Under the pieces are notes generated by a model. It was not told the DNA's origin. It worked only from the letters and a program-made list of their open reading frames with translations, and made no database searches. Both the position numbers and the translations under genes were made by a program. Below are positions 30,416 through 39,957 of a stretch of 64,000 nucleotides of DNA, one piece after another; within the stretch, counting starts at the first letter, position 1, and the number at the start of each line of letters is the position of its first letter. The stretch comes from Syntrophales bacterium (lineage in GTDB: Bacteria > Desulfobacterota > Syntrophia > Syntrophales > UBA2210): the NCBI GenBank assembly GCA_963662405.2, contig CAXXKT010000001.1:1856001-1920000 (forward strand). Reading direction: 5' to 3'.

Positions 30416-31510
30416 ATGGGTTTCAGGTGCGGCATCATCGGACTTCCGAACGTCGGCAAATCCACGATCTTCAACGCCCTTACCGCCGCTGGCGCGGAGG
30501 TGGCGAACTATCCCTTCTGCACCATCAATCCCAATATCGGTATCGTTCCTGTTCCCGACCCGCGGCTTGAACATATCGCCCACATTATCCATCCCCCTGA
30601 GGTCACTTTTACGACGATGGAATTTCTCGACATTGCCGGTTTGGTAAAAGGTGCGAGTCAGGGAGAGGGGTTGGGAAATCGGTTTCTCGGAAACATTCGG
30701 GATGTCGATGCAATCGTCCATATTGTTCGCTGTTTCAATGATCCCAACGTCGCGCATGTTCATGGTGCCGTGAACCCCGCCGATGATATTACGGTTGTGG
30801 AGATGGAGTTAGTCCTCGCTGACATGGAGACCGTAGAAAGACGAATCGAGAAGGCGGAAAAAACGGCAAAGGCTGGAGACAAGTCACATCGCAGTGAACT
30901 CGAACTGTGCCACAGGATTCTCGACTCCCTAGGGGGCAATATCCCGGTGCGCAATATTGCTCTGAACCCTGAAGAAGATGTTGTGCTGCGAGAACTAAAT
31001 CTGATCACGGCAAAGAAGGTGCTGTATGTTGCGAATATTGACGAATCACAACTGCGGGAGGGGGATCAGTATATAACCGCCGTAGAAGAGATCGCGCAAT
31101 CGGAAGGATCTGAGGTGATTGTTATCTGCGGCGATATGGAGGCCGAGATCGCGGCCCTTGCCGAGGAGGACAGGAAGGCATTCCTTGATGATCTTGGTCT
31201 GGCAGAGTCGGGACTCCAGAAGCTGATCCGAGCCGGATACCATCTCTTGGGCCTGGTCACCTTTTACACAACGGTGGGGGGGCAGCTTCGTGCCTGGACG
31301 ATCCCGGACGGGACCAGGGCCTCCCGTGCCGCTGGAAAGATCCACACCGATATGGAACGGGGATTCATTCGGGCGGAGATTCTAAAGTATGATGATTTTG
31401 TCAGGGCGGGGGGCATTTCAACTGCCAAGGATCAAGGGCTTATTAAGGCGCAGGGCCGAGACCATATTATCGAGGATGGTGATATTGTTCACTTCAGATT
31501 CAACGTGTGA
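30416..31510 (+). CDS. ychF: Redox-regulated ATPase YchF
   Basis: GLPNVGKST, NYPFCTI, DIAGLVKGAS and FIRAE motifs. Confidence 0.97.
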   Translation: MGFRCGIIGLPNVGKSTIFNALTAAGAEVANYPFCTINPNIGIVPVPDPRLEHIAHIIHPPEVTFTTMEFLDIAGLVKGASQGEGLGNRFLGNIRDVDAIVHIVRCFNDPNVAHVHGAVNPADDITVVEMELVLADMETVERRIEKAEKTAKAGDKSHRSELELCHRILDSLGGNIPVRNIALNPEEDVVLRELNLITAKKVLYVANIDESQLREGDQYITAVEEIAQSEGSEVIVICGDMEAEIAALAEEDRKAFLDDLGLAESGLQKLIRAGYHLLGLVTFYTTVGGQLRAWTIPDGTRASRAAGKIHTDMERGFIRAEILKYDDFVRAGGISTAKDQGLIKAQGRDHIIEDGDIVHFRFNV

Positions 31511-31529
31511 TACAGAGAGAAAGGTACCA

Positions 31530-32441
31530 TAGTCGATTTTGAAAACCCCAACCCCTACAGGGGTCTCGTATGCCAATGCCCTTTGGCAAAGAAGGCGTTG
31601 CTGAAACAATCGGCGCAAAAAGGCGGCAGCGAACCGCTGCAGCTTCCGCAAGTTCAAATCCACAGCACTGAGAATCGCATTAATCCGGTCCCCGCTGGTC
31701 CCTGTCAGACGATTCCGATCCATGCGATGCCTTCGCTTCAAATGAGCAACACCCGGTTCGATAGCCGGTCGGGGTTGCCGCCACGGCCGTCTTCCCTCGA
31801 CACCTTTTACCCACATGAACCTGAAAAGTTCCCTCATATTCGTGACCACGGTATCCCATATCAACAAAGGCACGGGTCTGTTTCCCCTAATGGGCTCAAC
31901 CTGCGAAAGAGTATCCTGCTAACGTATGCCCGGATTCCCCCGGAGTGCCCTAGCGCCCACGGATGAGCCCCCGCGACTGGTCGCCGCCATGGGCTCGTGA
32001 ACACTGTATACCTTGTTCGTATTGGATTATGCCTTCGCCGGTACCAATAGTGCTTGAAGGTGTTGGTCCGGCCGGGGGCAGTTCCTGTCGATACCACGCA
32101 TGACATGCGCCAGATAGGTCGTCGGTTTCCTCGTACACCCTGTTGCGCTTTTCATCTGACGGGCTTGGGCAGAACGGCTCTTCTCTGACTTGCCCTCGGC
32201 TTCGATTGCCGAGTGTGGTTCTGACGCGGGGGAATGCTCCTTATCTGTGGCAGCTGTTGCCAACCATTTCCGAGGACGATCGAAGAGCCGGGTGTTGGTG
32301 GAAAAACGAATATTCTTCTCCTGCACTGTGGTATCAGCATTGGCCCGCTTGAGTGGGGGACTTCTTGATTGCCGTGAGCTTCAAGCCCGCTTCCATGGGT
32401 TAATAATGACAGGGTAATAAATCTTTCGTCAGGGACGGCCA
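31530..32441 (-). mobile_element. Degenerate IS5-family element (fragmented transposase)
   Basis: Fragments in different frames: QEKNIRF.., DMGYRGH, AIEPGVAHLK..HRMDRNRL.G..GDRINAILSA; eroded ends. Confidence 0.75.
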
Positions 32442-32461
32442 TTATAGGAAAAGACGAACAT

Positions 32462-32499
32462 AAAAAAAGGTGGCTGATTCCTTGAGACCTTCAGCCACC
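32462..32499 (-). terminator. Intrinsic terminator of the candidate sRNA
   Basis: Perfect 9-bp stem GGTGGCTGA/TCAGCCACC followed by U7 on the minus strand. Confidence 0.85.
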
Positions 32500-32560
32500 C
32501 GATATATAAACAGAGAGAACACTCAAAAGACACTCTCCGATTTATGTCTCCATCCCACAA

Positions 32561-32694
32561 TGGGGGGGGTCGGTGAGCGGAAAGGAGGGAACGTAAAACC
32601 GCCCACCGACATATAAAGCCTTTATAACAACCCCCTCTTCTATGGGGGGGGGGCCGGTGAGCGGAAAGGAGGGAACATAAAACCACTCACCGGC
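32561..32694 (-). repeat. Two ~50-nt direct repeats, each a 12-bp hairpin with an 18-nt loop and a C tract
   Basis: Hairpins at 32569-32610 and 32653-32694; plus-strand loop AAAGGAGGGAACRTAAAA. Confidence 0.92.
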
Positions 32695-32959
32695 TAAAAA
32701 ACTCAATCCTCCGAAAGATCCGAAAGGAAGAAATCCTCACTCAAAACGGCATTCTTTGATCTCTTTCCCTGAAGATCCACGAAATGATTCGAAACCGAAC
32801 CACCATCGCGCCGGACTGTACCACAATCTCTATGGGGTTTGAGAGCATCTGTACCTTTCTCTCCAGAGCCCCTCTCCAAAACCTTTTTCTTTGTCGTATC
32901 TTTCATCGAGACTCTCGCTCTTGATCCAAGGCCGTTTAAAGAACTCAGTTTGTCTGTTA

Positions 32960-32976
32960 TGCAACAACGGTGCCAA
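32960..32976 (-). promoter_or_regulatory. Sigma54 -24/-12 promoter
   Basis: TTGGCAC-CGTTG-TTGCA matches the TGGCAC-N5-TTGCA consensus. Confidence 0.88.
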
Positions 32977-33238
32977 AACTAATCTGAGTGAGAAAAAGAC
33001 CCTGAAGCAGAAATGTATTGATAAATCGAATGGTTAGAAAGTAGGCCTCAATGGGAAGGGTGTCGCAAAGATGAAAAAATGGGGAGTATTCATGACAACC
33101 TGAGGAGATGATGTTGATAACCCGTGCTCGTCCCGCACGTTAATGGTCCAACAGGGGGGATGATACCCCTAAAAACAGGGTATGTGTGCGATCTGAGAAC
33201 TATAAGTTCGAAGACCGCACTTTTTGGGGCGGTGTGAC

Positions 33239-35338
33239 CTATGAGGCATCAGTTTCCAATTTTTTGAGTTCACGTATAAGTGTGTACCGTGAAATGCTGA
33301 GTTGTCTGGCAGCTGCGGCCTTGTTGCCGCGGTTGACCTCGAGAGCTCTCCGGAGGATTTCACCTTTAATTTTGTTCGTCAATTCATCGACTGAACGCCG
33401 GTAGTCTGAGGGATAGGGGATACCGAGGACGGATAGCTCGCCGGCATGGATTTCCAATGAATGGGGCTCTGCCGCCTTGATCTCCGCCGGGATATTATCA
33501 GAGGTAATTAAATTGCTGACACTTTGGAGGATCATGATACGCTCAATGATGTTTTTCAGCTCCCTTACATTACCCGGCCAATGATAGCTTTTCAGGAGCT
33601 TTTCCGCATCGGCGGTAAAGCCCTTTACGCTCTTGTTCAATTTTGTGTTGAACTCCTCGATATAGTGATAGGCCAGAGGCATGATGTCTTCGATTCTTTC
33701 CCGGAGAGGCGGTATCACGATAGGGACAACACTAATCCGGTAGAACAGATCTTCTCGGAAGGTCCCCTCGCTCGCCATCTGGCTTAAATCCCTGTTAGTG
33801 GAGAATATAAACCTGACGTCAATGGGAATATTGTCTACGCCACCAAGCCGTCGGATGTGATTTTCTTCGAGCATTCTGAGAAACTTTGCTTGAATCGAGG
33901 GGTTCATTTCGCCGATTTCGTCCAGGAGGAACGTTCCTCCGCTTGCGTGCTCGACGAGCCCAATTTTCCTTTTCCTCGCATCGGTGAAAGCCCCGGCCTC
34001 ATAACCGAAGAGCTCACTTTCGAGCAGTGTCCCCGGTATGGCAGCGCAATTTACCTCCACAAAGGGTTTTGATTTTCTGGTGCTCTGTCGGTGAACAGCG
34101 CGTGCTATCAGTTCCTTTCCCGTTCCGCTTTCCCCCTGTACGAGTACACTGGTATCGTGCCGGGCGACATCCTTTATCATATGAAATATATCCAGCATCT
34201 TACTGGAATTACCTATAATATTATGAAAGCCCAAGAGTTTATTTTCTCTTTCTTTGAGCATCTCGACTTCCGTCTTGAGTGACTTGGCCTCACGGGAGAG
34301 TTGAGAACGCAAGATGGCGTTGTCATATGAAATAGCGGCGTTGATGATAAGGATGTCCAGGAGACTTTTCTGATCACTTGAATAGTCCCCTTGTCGCTTG
34401 CCCAGATACAGTATCCCTTTGAATTTATCTTTGATTCTCAAGGGTATGGCTATCTCAGATGGATGGCCGTCAAAGATGGGGGTGGCCCCCGACCCTTGAG
34501 GAGACAGTTGCGTGATAAGGATGTCCTCATCGAGTGCCTTCTGGATGATGCTGCGTTGTATCTTTGGATAGTATATATTGTCCTGATCCGAAAAGACCTG
34601 CTGTCCATCGCTGATTAGAAAGCTTCTCTTTTCGATGTCAAGGAAGTAGAGAAGCGCCTTCTCCGCCTCTCCGATTCTGATCGCGTTGTGTATGACGGTT
34701 TCATGGATTTTGTCCAGGTTGTACGTCGAGTTGACTTGTGACATCGCGTCTTGGAGCATCAGCAGCCTTCTGATCTTTTCTCTGTTGTCATCGAAAAGAC
34801 GGAGGTTGTGTATGACGACACTGATGTGATTCGCGAAGGTCATAAGGGTGCTGATCACTTCCCGTGGAAACGTTGTTTTCCTCTCATACCATACGGCGAT
34901 AATGCCTATCACGTCATCCTGTATCTTGAGGGGACCGCAGAATGCCGAGTATAAACCGGTCTCCCCGCCGTAGAGGCTGGTGAGTTTACGATCCGTGGGA
35001 GTGATCATGGGATCCGTCTCGGAATCTTCGAGGACGATATAATTGCCGGTCCTCGCGACCTTTGTCACGAGACAATCGTGCCGCTCGAGGTTCAGCTTGC
35101 GCGCAAAGGCCCGTTTTGCCTCCTCAGGGCTGTAATTCTTGACAACTTTGGTAACCAGATTCTTCTTTTGCTCGTCGAGGAGACAGATGACCCCCCGGTG
35201 AAACCCCATGGTGTCCACCGCTTCATCCAGGATCCTCTGGAGGGTGTCCTCAAAACTGAAGGGGGTCGTGATCAAGGCGCTCATGCGATAGAAGCACCCC
35301 AAGATCCGTTCTGTTGAGTAGAAGAAGTCAGGACTCAT
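33239..35338 (-). CDS. Sigma54 enhancer-binding protein with two GAF domains
   Basis: GAF-like N-terminus, [27 protein letters not shown] and a Fis HTH. Confidence 0.92.
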   Translation of the reverse strand: MSPDFFYSTERILGCFYRMSALITTPFSFEDTLQRILDEAVDTMGFHRGVICLLDEQKKNLVTKVVKNYSPEEAKRAFARKLNLERHDCLVTKVARTGNYIVLEDSETDPMITPTDRKLTSLYGGETGLYSAFCGPLKIQDDVIGIIAVWYERKTTFPREVISTLMTFANHISVVIHNLRLFDDNREKIRRLLMLQDAMSQVNSTYNLDKIHETVIHNAIRIGEAEKALLYFLDIEKRSFLISDGQQVFSDQDNIYYPKIQRSIIQKALDEDILITQLSPQGSGATPIFDGHPSEIAIPLRIKDKFKGILYLGKRQGDYSSDQKSLLDILIINAAISYDNAILRSQLSREAKSLKTEVEMLKERENKLLGFHNIIGNSSKMLDIFHMIKDVARHDTSVLVQGESGTGKELIARAVHRQSTRKSKPFVEVNCAAIPGTLLESELFGYEAGAFTDARKRKIGLVEHASGGTFLLDEIGEMNPSIQAKFLRMLEENHIRRLGGVDNIPIDVRFIFSTNRDLSQMASEGTFREDLFYRISVVPIVIPPLRERIEDIMPLAYHYIEEFNTKLNKSVKGFTADAEKLLKSYHWPGNVRELKNIIERIMILQSVSNLITSDNIPAEIKAAEPHSLEIHAGELSVLGIPYPSDYRRSVDELTNKIKGEILRRALEVNRGNKAAAARQLSISRYTLIRELKKLETDAS

Positions 35339-35361
35339 ACGATCTTGCCTCGGGAGAGTTA

Positions 35362-37392
35362 TTATGCCTTGTCGTACTTTAAAAACTGCATGGAAAAGGT
35401 ACCCCTTCCCTGTGTAACCGAGCGTAGGTCGGTTGAATACCCGAACATCCGTTTTAAGGGAACGCGCGCCTTGATCTCACTCACGGGATCTTTGTGGTCG
35501 ATTTGTTCCACTTCGCCATTCCTGGCATTGATGTTGCCGATGACCTCGCCCATGAACTCGCCCGGAGTGATGATATCCACCTCGACGATGGGCTCCAACA
35601 GAGTGGGTTGCGCCCGTGAGCACCCATTTGAAAAGGCTGTTGAGGCTGCTATGCGGTATCCGAGTTCCGTCGATTCCGCGTCTCTGAAAGAGCCGCCGAC
35701 TACTCGAATGACCACATCGACGACCGGATAACCGGCTATCGTCCCGCTGAGGGCCGCGTCACGGATCCCATCTTCAATAACAGCTTGAAATTCAGAAGGA
35801 ATAACATCACTTGTGGTTTCATTTATGACCACCAGACCGCTCCCCCGCTCACCGGGTTCCAGATGCAGGACCACATGGCCGAAATGCTTCTTGTCACCAA
35901 GCTTTCGTTCGAATATTTCCTCGGCCTTTGTCCCTTTTTCAATCGTTTCTCGATAGACAACCTTGGGTTTGCCGATATTGACATTGGTATGGAATTCACG
36001 GATAAGCCGGTCGATGATAATCTCAAGATGGAGCTCCCCCATCCCGGAGATGATCGTTTGAGCGGTCTCGTCATCATATTTAACGGTGAGGGTGGGGTCT
36101 TCGCTCGATAACTTCTCGAGGGCAAAGAGTAACCGCTCCTGATCCGCAGGTGTCTTCGCCTCTATCGCTTGACTGATAACCGGCTCATATGACTCGATCC
36201 GTTCGAGAATAATCGGATGGGATTCGTCGGATATGGTATCTCCCGTGGATGTATCCTTCAGACCGACCACCGCGATGATATCACCGGCCCCGGCCTCCTT
36301 GACGCGTTCCCGTTTATTGGAATGCATCTTCAAAAGTCGGGATACCTTTTCCTTGTGCCCCTTGCTTGCATTGTAGATATCCTCTCCGGCTTTGATTTTC
36401 CCGGAGTATATCCTCATGTAGGTGATCTTTCTTCCTTCTTCCAGCATTACCTTGAACGCCAGGGCCGCGAGCGGTTCCTTGATGCTGCTGCGGCGGGTTT
36501 CAATCTCCTTCGTGACGGGATTGATCCCCTCGACAGGGGGAATGTCTTCAGGGGAAGGAAGAAAATGAATGATGGAATCGAGAACCGGCTGGACCCCCTT
36601 GTTACGCAGGGCCGTACCGCAGAGTACCGGAACCACCTGGAGCGAGAGGGTTGCATTCCTGATTGATTCCAAGGTTTCGTTCTCGGTAATTTCGGTTCCC
36701 TCAAGGTATTTTTCAGCGATGACGTCGTCGATCTCCGCCAGTGTCTCGATCATTTTTTCACGATGTTTTTCGGTTTCGGTAAGCATGTCCGAAGGGATGT
36801 CGAAGGTATCATATGACTGCCCCAGGGTGTCTTCGTCCCAGGTGATCAACCGCTGTCCGATAAGATCGATTACTCCCTGAAAAGTATCGTTTTGTGTATA
36901 CGGTATCTGGATCGGGAGGGGTATTGAGGTGAACCGCTCATTCATCGTTCGCATTGTGCCCCAGTAGTCCGCACCCACTCGATCCATCTTGTTGATGAAT
37001 GCTATCTTGGGGACGTGATACTTGTCGGCTTGGCGCCAGACCGTTTCAGATTGTGGTTCTACCCCTCCGACGGCGCAGAATACGACCAACACCCCGTCCA
37101 AAACCCGGAGGGATCGCTCCACCTCCATCGTAAAATCCACGTGACCGGGGGTGTCGATGATATGTATCTCCTGGCCCTTCCAGAGACAGGTCGTAACCGC
37201 GGAGGTGATGGTGATCCCTCGCTCCTGCTCTTGTGCCATCCAGTCCATGACCGCCTCACCATCATGGACCTCGCCGATCTTATGGGTCCTGCCGGTATAA
37301 TAGAGGATCCTTTCCGTTACAGTAGTTTTCCCCGCATCTATGTGCGCGATGATTCCTATATTTCTTGTTTTTGAAAGTCGTCCGGAGGCCAT
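35362..37392 (-). CDS. fusA: Elongation factor G paralogue
   Basis: [22 protein letters not shown] and NKMD motifs; outside the str operon. Confidence 0.92.
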   Translation of the reverse strand: MASGRLSKTRNIGIIAHIDAGKTTVTERILYYTGRTHKIGEVHDGEAVMDWMAQEQERGITITSAVTTCLWKGQEIHIIDTPGHVDFTMEVERSLRVLDGVLVVFCAVGGVEPQSETVWRQADKYHVPKIAFINKMDRVGADYWGTMRTMNERFTSIPLPIQIPYTQNDTFQGVIDLIGQRLITWDEDTLGQSYDTFDIPSDMLTETEKHREKMIETLAEIDDVIAEKYLEGTEITENETLESIRNATLSLQVVPVLCGTALRNKGVQPVLDSIIHFLPSPEDIPPVEGINPVTKEIETRRSSIKEPLAALAFKVMLEEGRKITYMRIYSGKIKAGEDIYNASKGHKEKVSRLLKMHSNKRERVKEAGAGDIIAVVGLKDTSTGDTISDESHPIILERIESYEPVISQAIEAKTPADQERLLFALEKLSSEDPTLTVKYDDETAQTIISGMGELHLEIIIDRLIREFHTNVNIGKPKVVYRETIEKGTKAEEIFERKLGDKKHFGHVVLHLEPGERGSGLVVINETTSDVIPSEFQAVIEDGIRDAALSGTIAGYPVVDVVIRVVGGSFRDAESTELGYRIAASTAFSNGCSRAQPTLLEPIVEVDIITPGEFMGEVIGNINARNGEVEQIDHKDPVSEIKARVPLKRMFGYSTDLRSVTQGRGTFSMQFLKYDKA

Positions 37393-37411
37393 GATATTTT
37401 GTTTCGTATCC

Positions 37412-38026
37412 TCATTGGTTTTCTACGATCAGTTCCCTGTTCATCGAAAAGGGCGTGGTCGTGTCAATATGGCCCTTTATCGTTTCCACACCGGTTCCCT
37501 CTATCAGTATCCGCACCCCTTTGATCGATGGCATATTGATGGTAACGGTGTTGGTCAGCGAATAGATGGTCATTATCTCACTGGCACTTCCCCCGGGGTG
37601 AAGATCGATAAGATTCCTCCCGAAATCGATTGTGGCAACACCGTCCTTCACGGAAATACCCCTCAGGGCGGTCTCTTTCGGGAAGGTCTCTACCAGGTCG
37701 GTATGGGGGCCCTCGATCAGTGCCTCAACCAGTTCTTTCACCATGTCGCTTGAGGAATTCCTCCGGGTGACATACCGTTCTTCCGGAATGAGAAAACGCT
37801 CGTTGAGATCGGAGAAATAGAGGCTCATCTTCTCCTTTTCCTCCTTGACCACTGCTCCCCGCGTCCCACCGGCGGGGGGATAGATGTAATCGAACAGCGA
37901 GAGAAAGAAGAAGAGGAGAAATCCTACGCCAACCAGAATGATGAGTGACAGATAGAACGTTCTGGTATTTTTCTTTTTCTGTTTTGCCTTTATCTGTTTG
38001 GATTTTGTTTTTTTCTTGGAGCCCAT
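37412..38026 (-). CDS. GerMN domain membrane-anchored protein
   Basis: TM segment, then [26 protein letters not shown]. Confidence 0.85.
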   Translation of the reverse strand: MGSKKKTKSKQIKAKQKKKNTRTFYLSLIILVGVGFLLFFFLSLFDYIYPPAGGTRGAVVKEEKEKMSLYFSDLNERFLIPEERYVTRRNSSSDMVKELVEALIEGPHTDLVETFPKETALRGISVKDGVATIDFGRNLIDLHPGGSASEIMTIYSLTNTVTINMPSIKGVRILIEGTGVETIKGHIDTTTPFSMNRELIVENQ

Positions 38027-38216
38027 ATCGTATGTATTCCCCCGTTGGAAAGCGCGCCAAATCTAAGGTAAAATGCGCGTCCTGTCAAGATAAGAAAATC
38101 GAAAATCGTGGTTTCCGAAGAGACTGAATAAATTCAAATTATTATAACAACACGGTGGTGACAGCTCACTTGCGGTGACTCATGATCTCTCGCCGGAGCT
38201 TTTCCCCTCAGCGGAG

Positions 38217-39008
38217 CTAGGGATTGAAAGTCTCCAGTTTTTCTCTCGCCTTTGCTCCGAATACCGAATCCGGGCTTGTCTCGATGACGGACTGCAATTC
38301 CCGAATTGCCTTCTCCCGGTTTCCCGCTTCGAGATGGCTCACTCCTAACCAGTAGTGTGATTCAATCATGCCGGGGGCACTATCGACCGCCTTTGTCAGG
38401 AAATGAATGGCCGCATCGATATTATGCCCGGCAAGGTATGCAATCCCCGTGTTTTTCTGGATGAGTGGGCGTATGGGTGTATCGGGCTCTCTGGTCAGCG
38501 CAGCCTCATATTTCGTGAGTGCCGTTTGCCAATCACCTTTCTGATAGTATGCCCATCCGATGTTGTTGAGCGCCACCGCAGGCGTCTCATAGAGCATGTT
38601 TGAGAGTGCTCGGTTAAATGCCTCTATTGCCCTTTCATGCCTGCCCTCTTCCAAGTATATGGTCCCCAGATAATTGTGTGCCTCGGAGTAATCCGACCGG
38701 AGGGACACGGCTGCATGAAACTGTTCTTTTGCCTCTGATTTTAAACCGTTTCCGTAATAGGCGAGACCTGTATAGTACCGTATTTGAGGATCATTTGGGG
38801 AAAAACGTTGTGCCGTAAGGAATTCCCTGAGGGCCGGGGTAAAATGCCCGGACTTCAAATAGGCCGTGCCCATCGTCACGTGAGAGGATGCTCGTTCTCT
38901 GTCTTGACTGCTGGTAGCACAACCGCTAAGGCAAAACAGGGCCATTATGGTTGTTAGAATGGCGAAACGAGCAAGGCCCGTTTTTGCGCCGAGACGGGTG
39001 TCACTCAT
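38217..39008 (-). CDS. TPR lipoprotein (PilF/PilW-like)
   Basis: Lipobox LSGC, TPR repeats, AHNYLG and YETP..ALNNIG. Confidence 0.75.
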   Translation of the reverse strand: MSDTRLGAKTGLARFAILTTIMALFCLSGCATSSQDRERASSHVTMGTAYLKSGHFTPALREFLTAQRFSPNDPQIRYYTGLAYYGNGLKSEAKEQFHAAVSLRSDYSEAHNYLGTIYLEEGRHERAIEAFNRALSNMLYETPAVALNNIGWAYYQKGDWQTALTKYEAALTREPDTPIRPLIQKNTGIAYLAGHNIDAAIHFLTKAVDSAPGMIESHYWLGVSHLEAGNREKAIRELQSVIETSPDSVFGAKAREKLETFNP

Positions 39009-39579
39009 TATTGCTTGCATTGACCCACCAATCGCCCTTATCTTGAAACCACCACTCGGATGAATCCGTTTCGGTTATCTCCACCGCCAGTTTCTTCGCA
39101 CTGTCCGTGCAGAGCCTCTTGACGGCAAAAGCGATCCATTCTCTGCTGTATTTGTTTCCCAGATCACCGTATTCTTTCAGCTGAAGGATCAGTGCAAGCT
39201 GATCGGCGTCGCGTGCCAGCAATGATTCTTTGGTCTTCTTTTCGTTGAATTCATCAATGGCGTTTCGAATCTCATCTCCGAAAGGAAGGGTTGCGGCAAG
39301 TTCTTCAACCGCTTTCCGTTCGTCAACCGTGACATATTTCTTGTTGACGTAATTCATGTCGCCGGTCCGTGCCTCCGGGAGATCATGCACGAGACACAGC
39401 TTCAAAACCCGCGCTTCGTCCACGCCGGATTCCAGTTTGCACAGGGTATAACCGATAAAGATTGTCCTGAGGATATGTTCCGCCACGGATTCTGATCCGG
39501 AACCCAGGAACTGAAACCCTGACCTTGGTGTCTTTTGAAGCATCCCTGCCTCAAATAAAAAATTTACTATACTTCTCAT
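39001..39579 (-). CDS. HD-domain phosphohydrolase
   Basis: ESVAEH, HDLPEARTGD and DAD motifs. Confidence 0.88.
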   Translation of the reverse strand: MRSIVNFLFEAGMLQKTPRSGFQFLGSGSESVAEHILRTIFIGYTLCKLESGVDEARVLKLCLVHDLPEARTGDMNYVNKKYVTVDERKAVEELAATLPFGDEIRNAIDEFNEKKTKESLLARDADQLALILQLKEYGDLGNKYSREWIAFAVKRLCTDSAKKLAVEITETDSSEWWFQDKGDWWVNASNNE

Positions 39580-39580
39580 C

Positions 39581-39787
39581 TCAGCTCTTTTTCAGTATCT
39601 TGATCCGGTTTTCCATCATTTCATTGATCTTTTTTATTTCCACCTGAAGAGAGGCAATGCCATCGGGCTTCATCGACGCCACCCTCATGAGCCGTTCATG
39701 CCAGTACTGAACAACCGAAATCTCATGCTCTTTCAGCTTTTTCTCAACTTTTTCCTGAAAGTTTCTCAGAAATTCATGATCGGACAT
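39581..39787 (-). CDS. 68-aa helical hypothetical protein
   Basis: G-rich SD; stop 1 nt before the HD gene start. Confidence 0.65.
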   Translation of the reverse strand: MSDHEFLRNFQEKVEKKLKEHEISVVQYWHERLMRVASMKPDGIASLQVEIKKINEMMENRIKILKKS

Positions 39788-39957
39788 GTTCCCCCCTCTT
39801 TTCCCAAAATGTACGAATACAAAACTTACTGACCATATATCATTTAAGTTTGAGTTGCAACAGGCGCGCGCTCTCATTTTTGGACGGGCTCGGGTGAATG
39901 CCGCAGGATTTCACGGTTTGACTTTTAGTCGGCATATGTATATAGAAACAAACTTGT

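Larger units (their letters stand above)
32462..32949 (-). ncRNA. Candidate sigma54-dependent sRNA with two anti-SD hairpins
   Basis: Bounded by a sigma54 promoter and a terminator; repeated co-varying hairpins; no convincing CDS; 5' end inferred. Confidence 0.65.

Noticed and set aside
32581..32682. Plus-strand GGA loops as a CsrA-sponge RNA
   Set aside because: Promoter, terminator and G-U wobble polarity all indicate minus-strand transcription.
32561..32694. Repeats as a CRISPR array
   Set aside because: Only two ~50-nt units, no cas genes, and hairpin covariation fits a structured RNA better.
32703..32906. 67-aa ORF inside the candidate sRNA
   Set aside because: Weak SD and no motif; not called as a CDS, although a dual-function RNA cannot be excluded.
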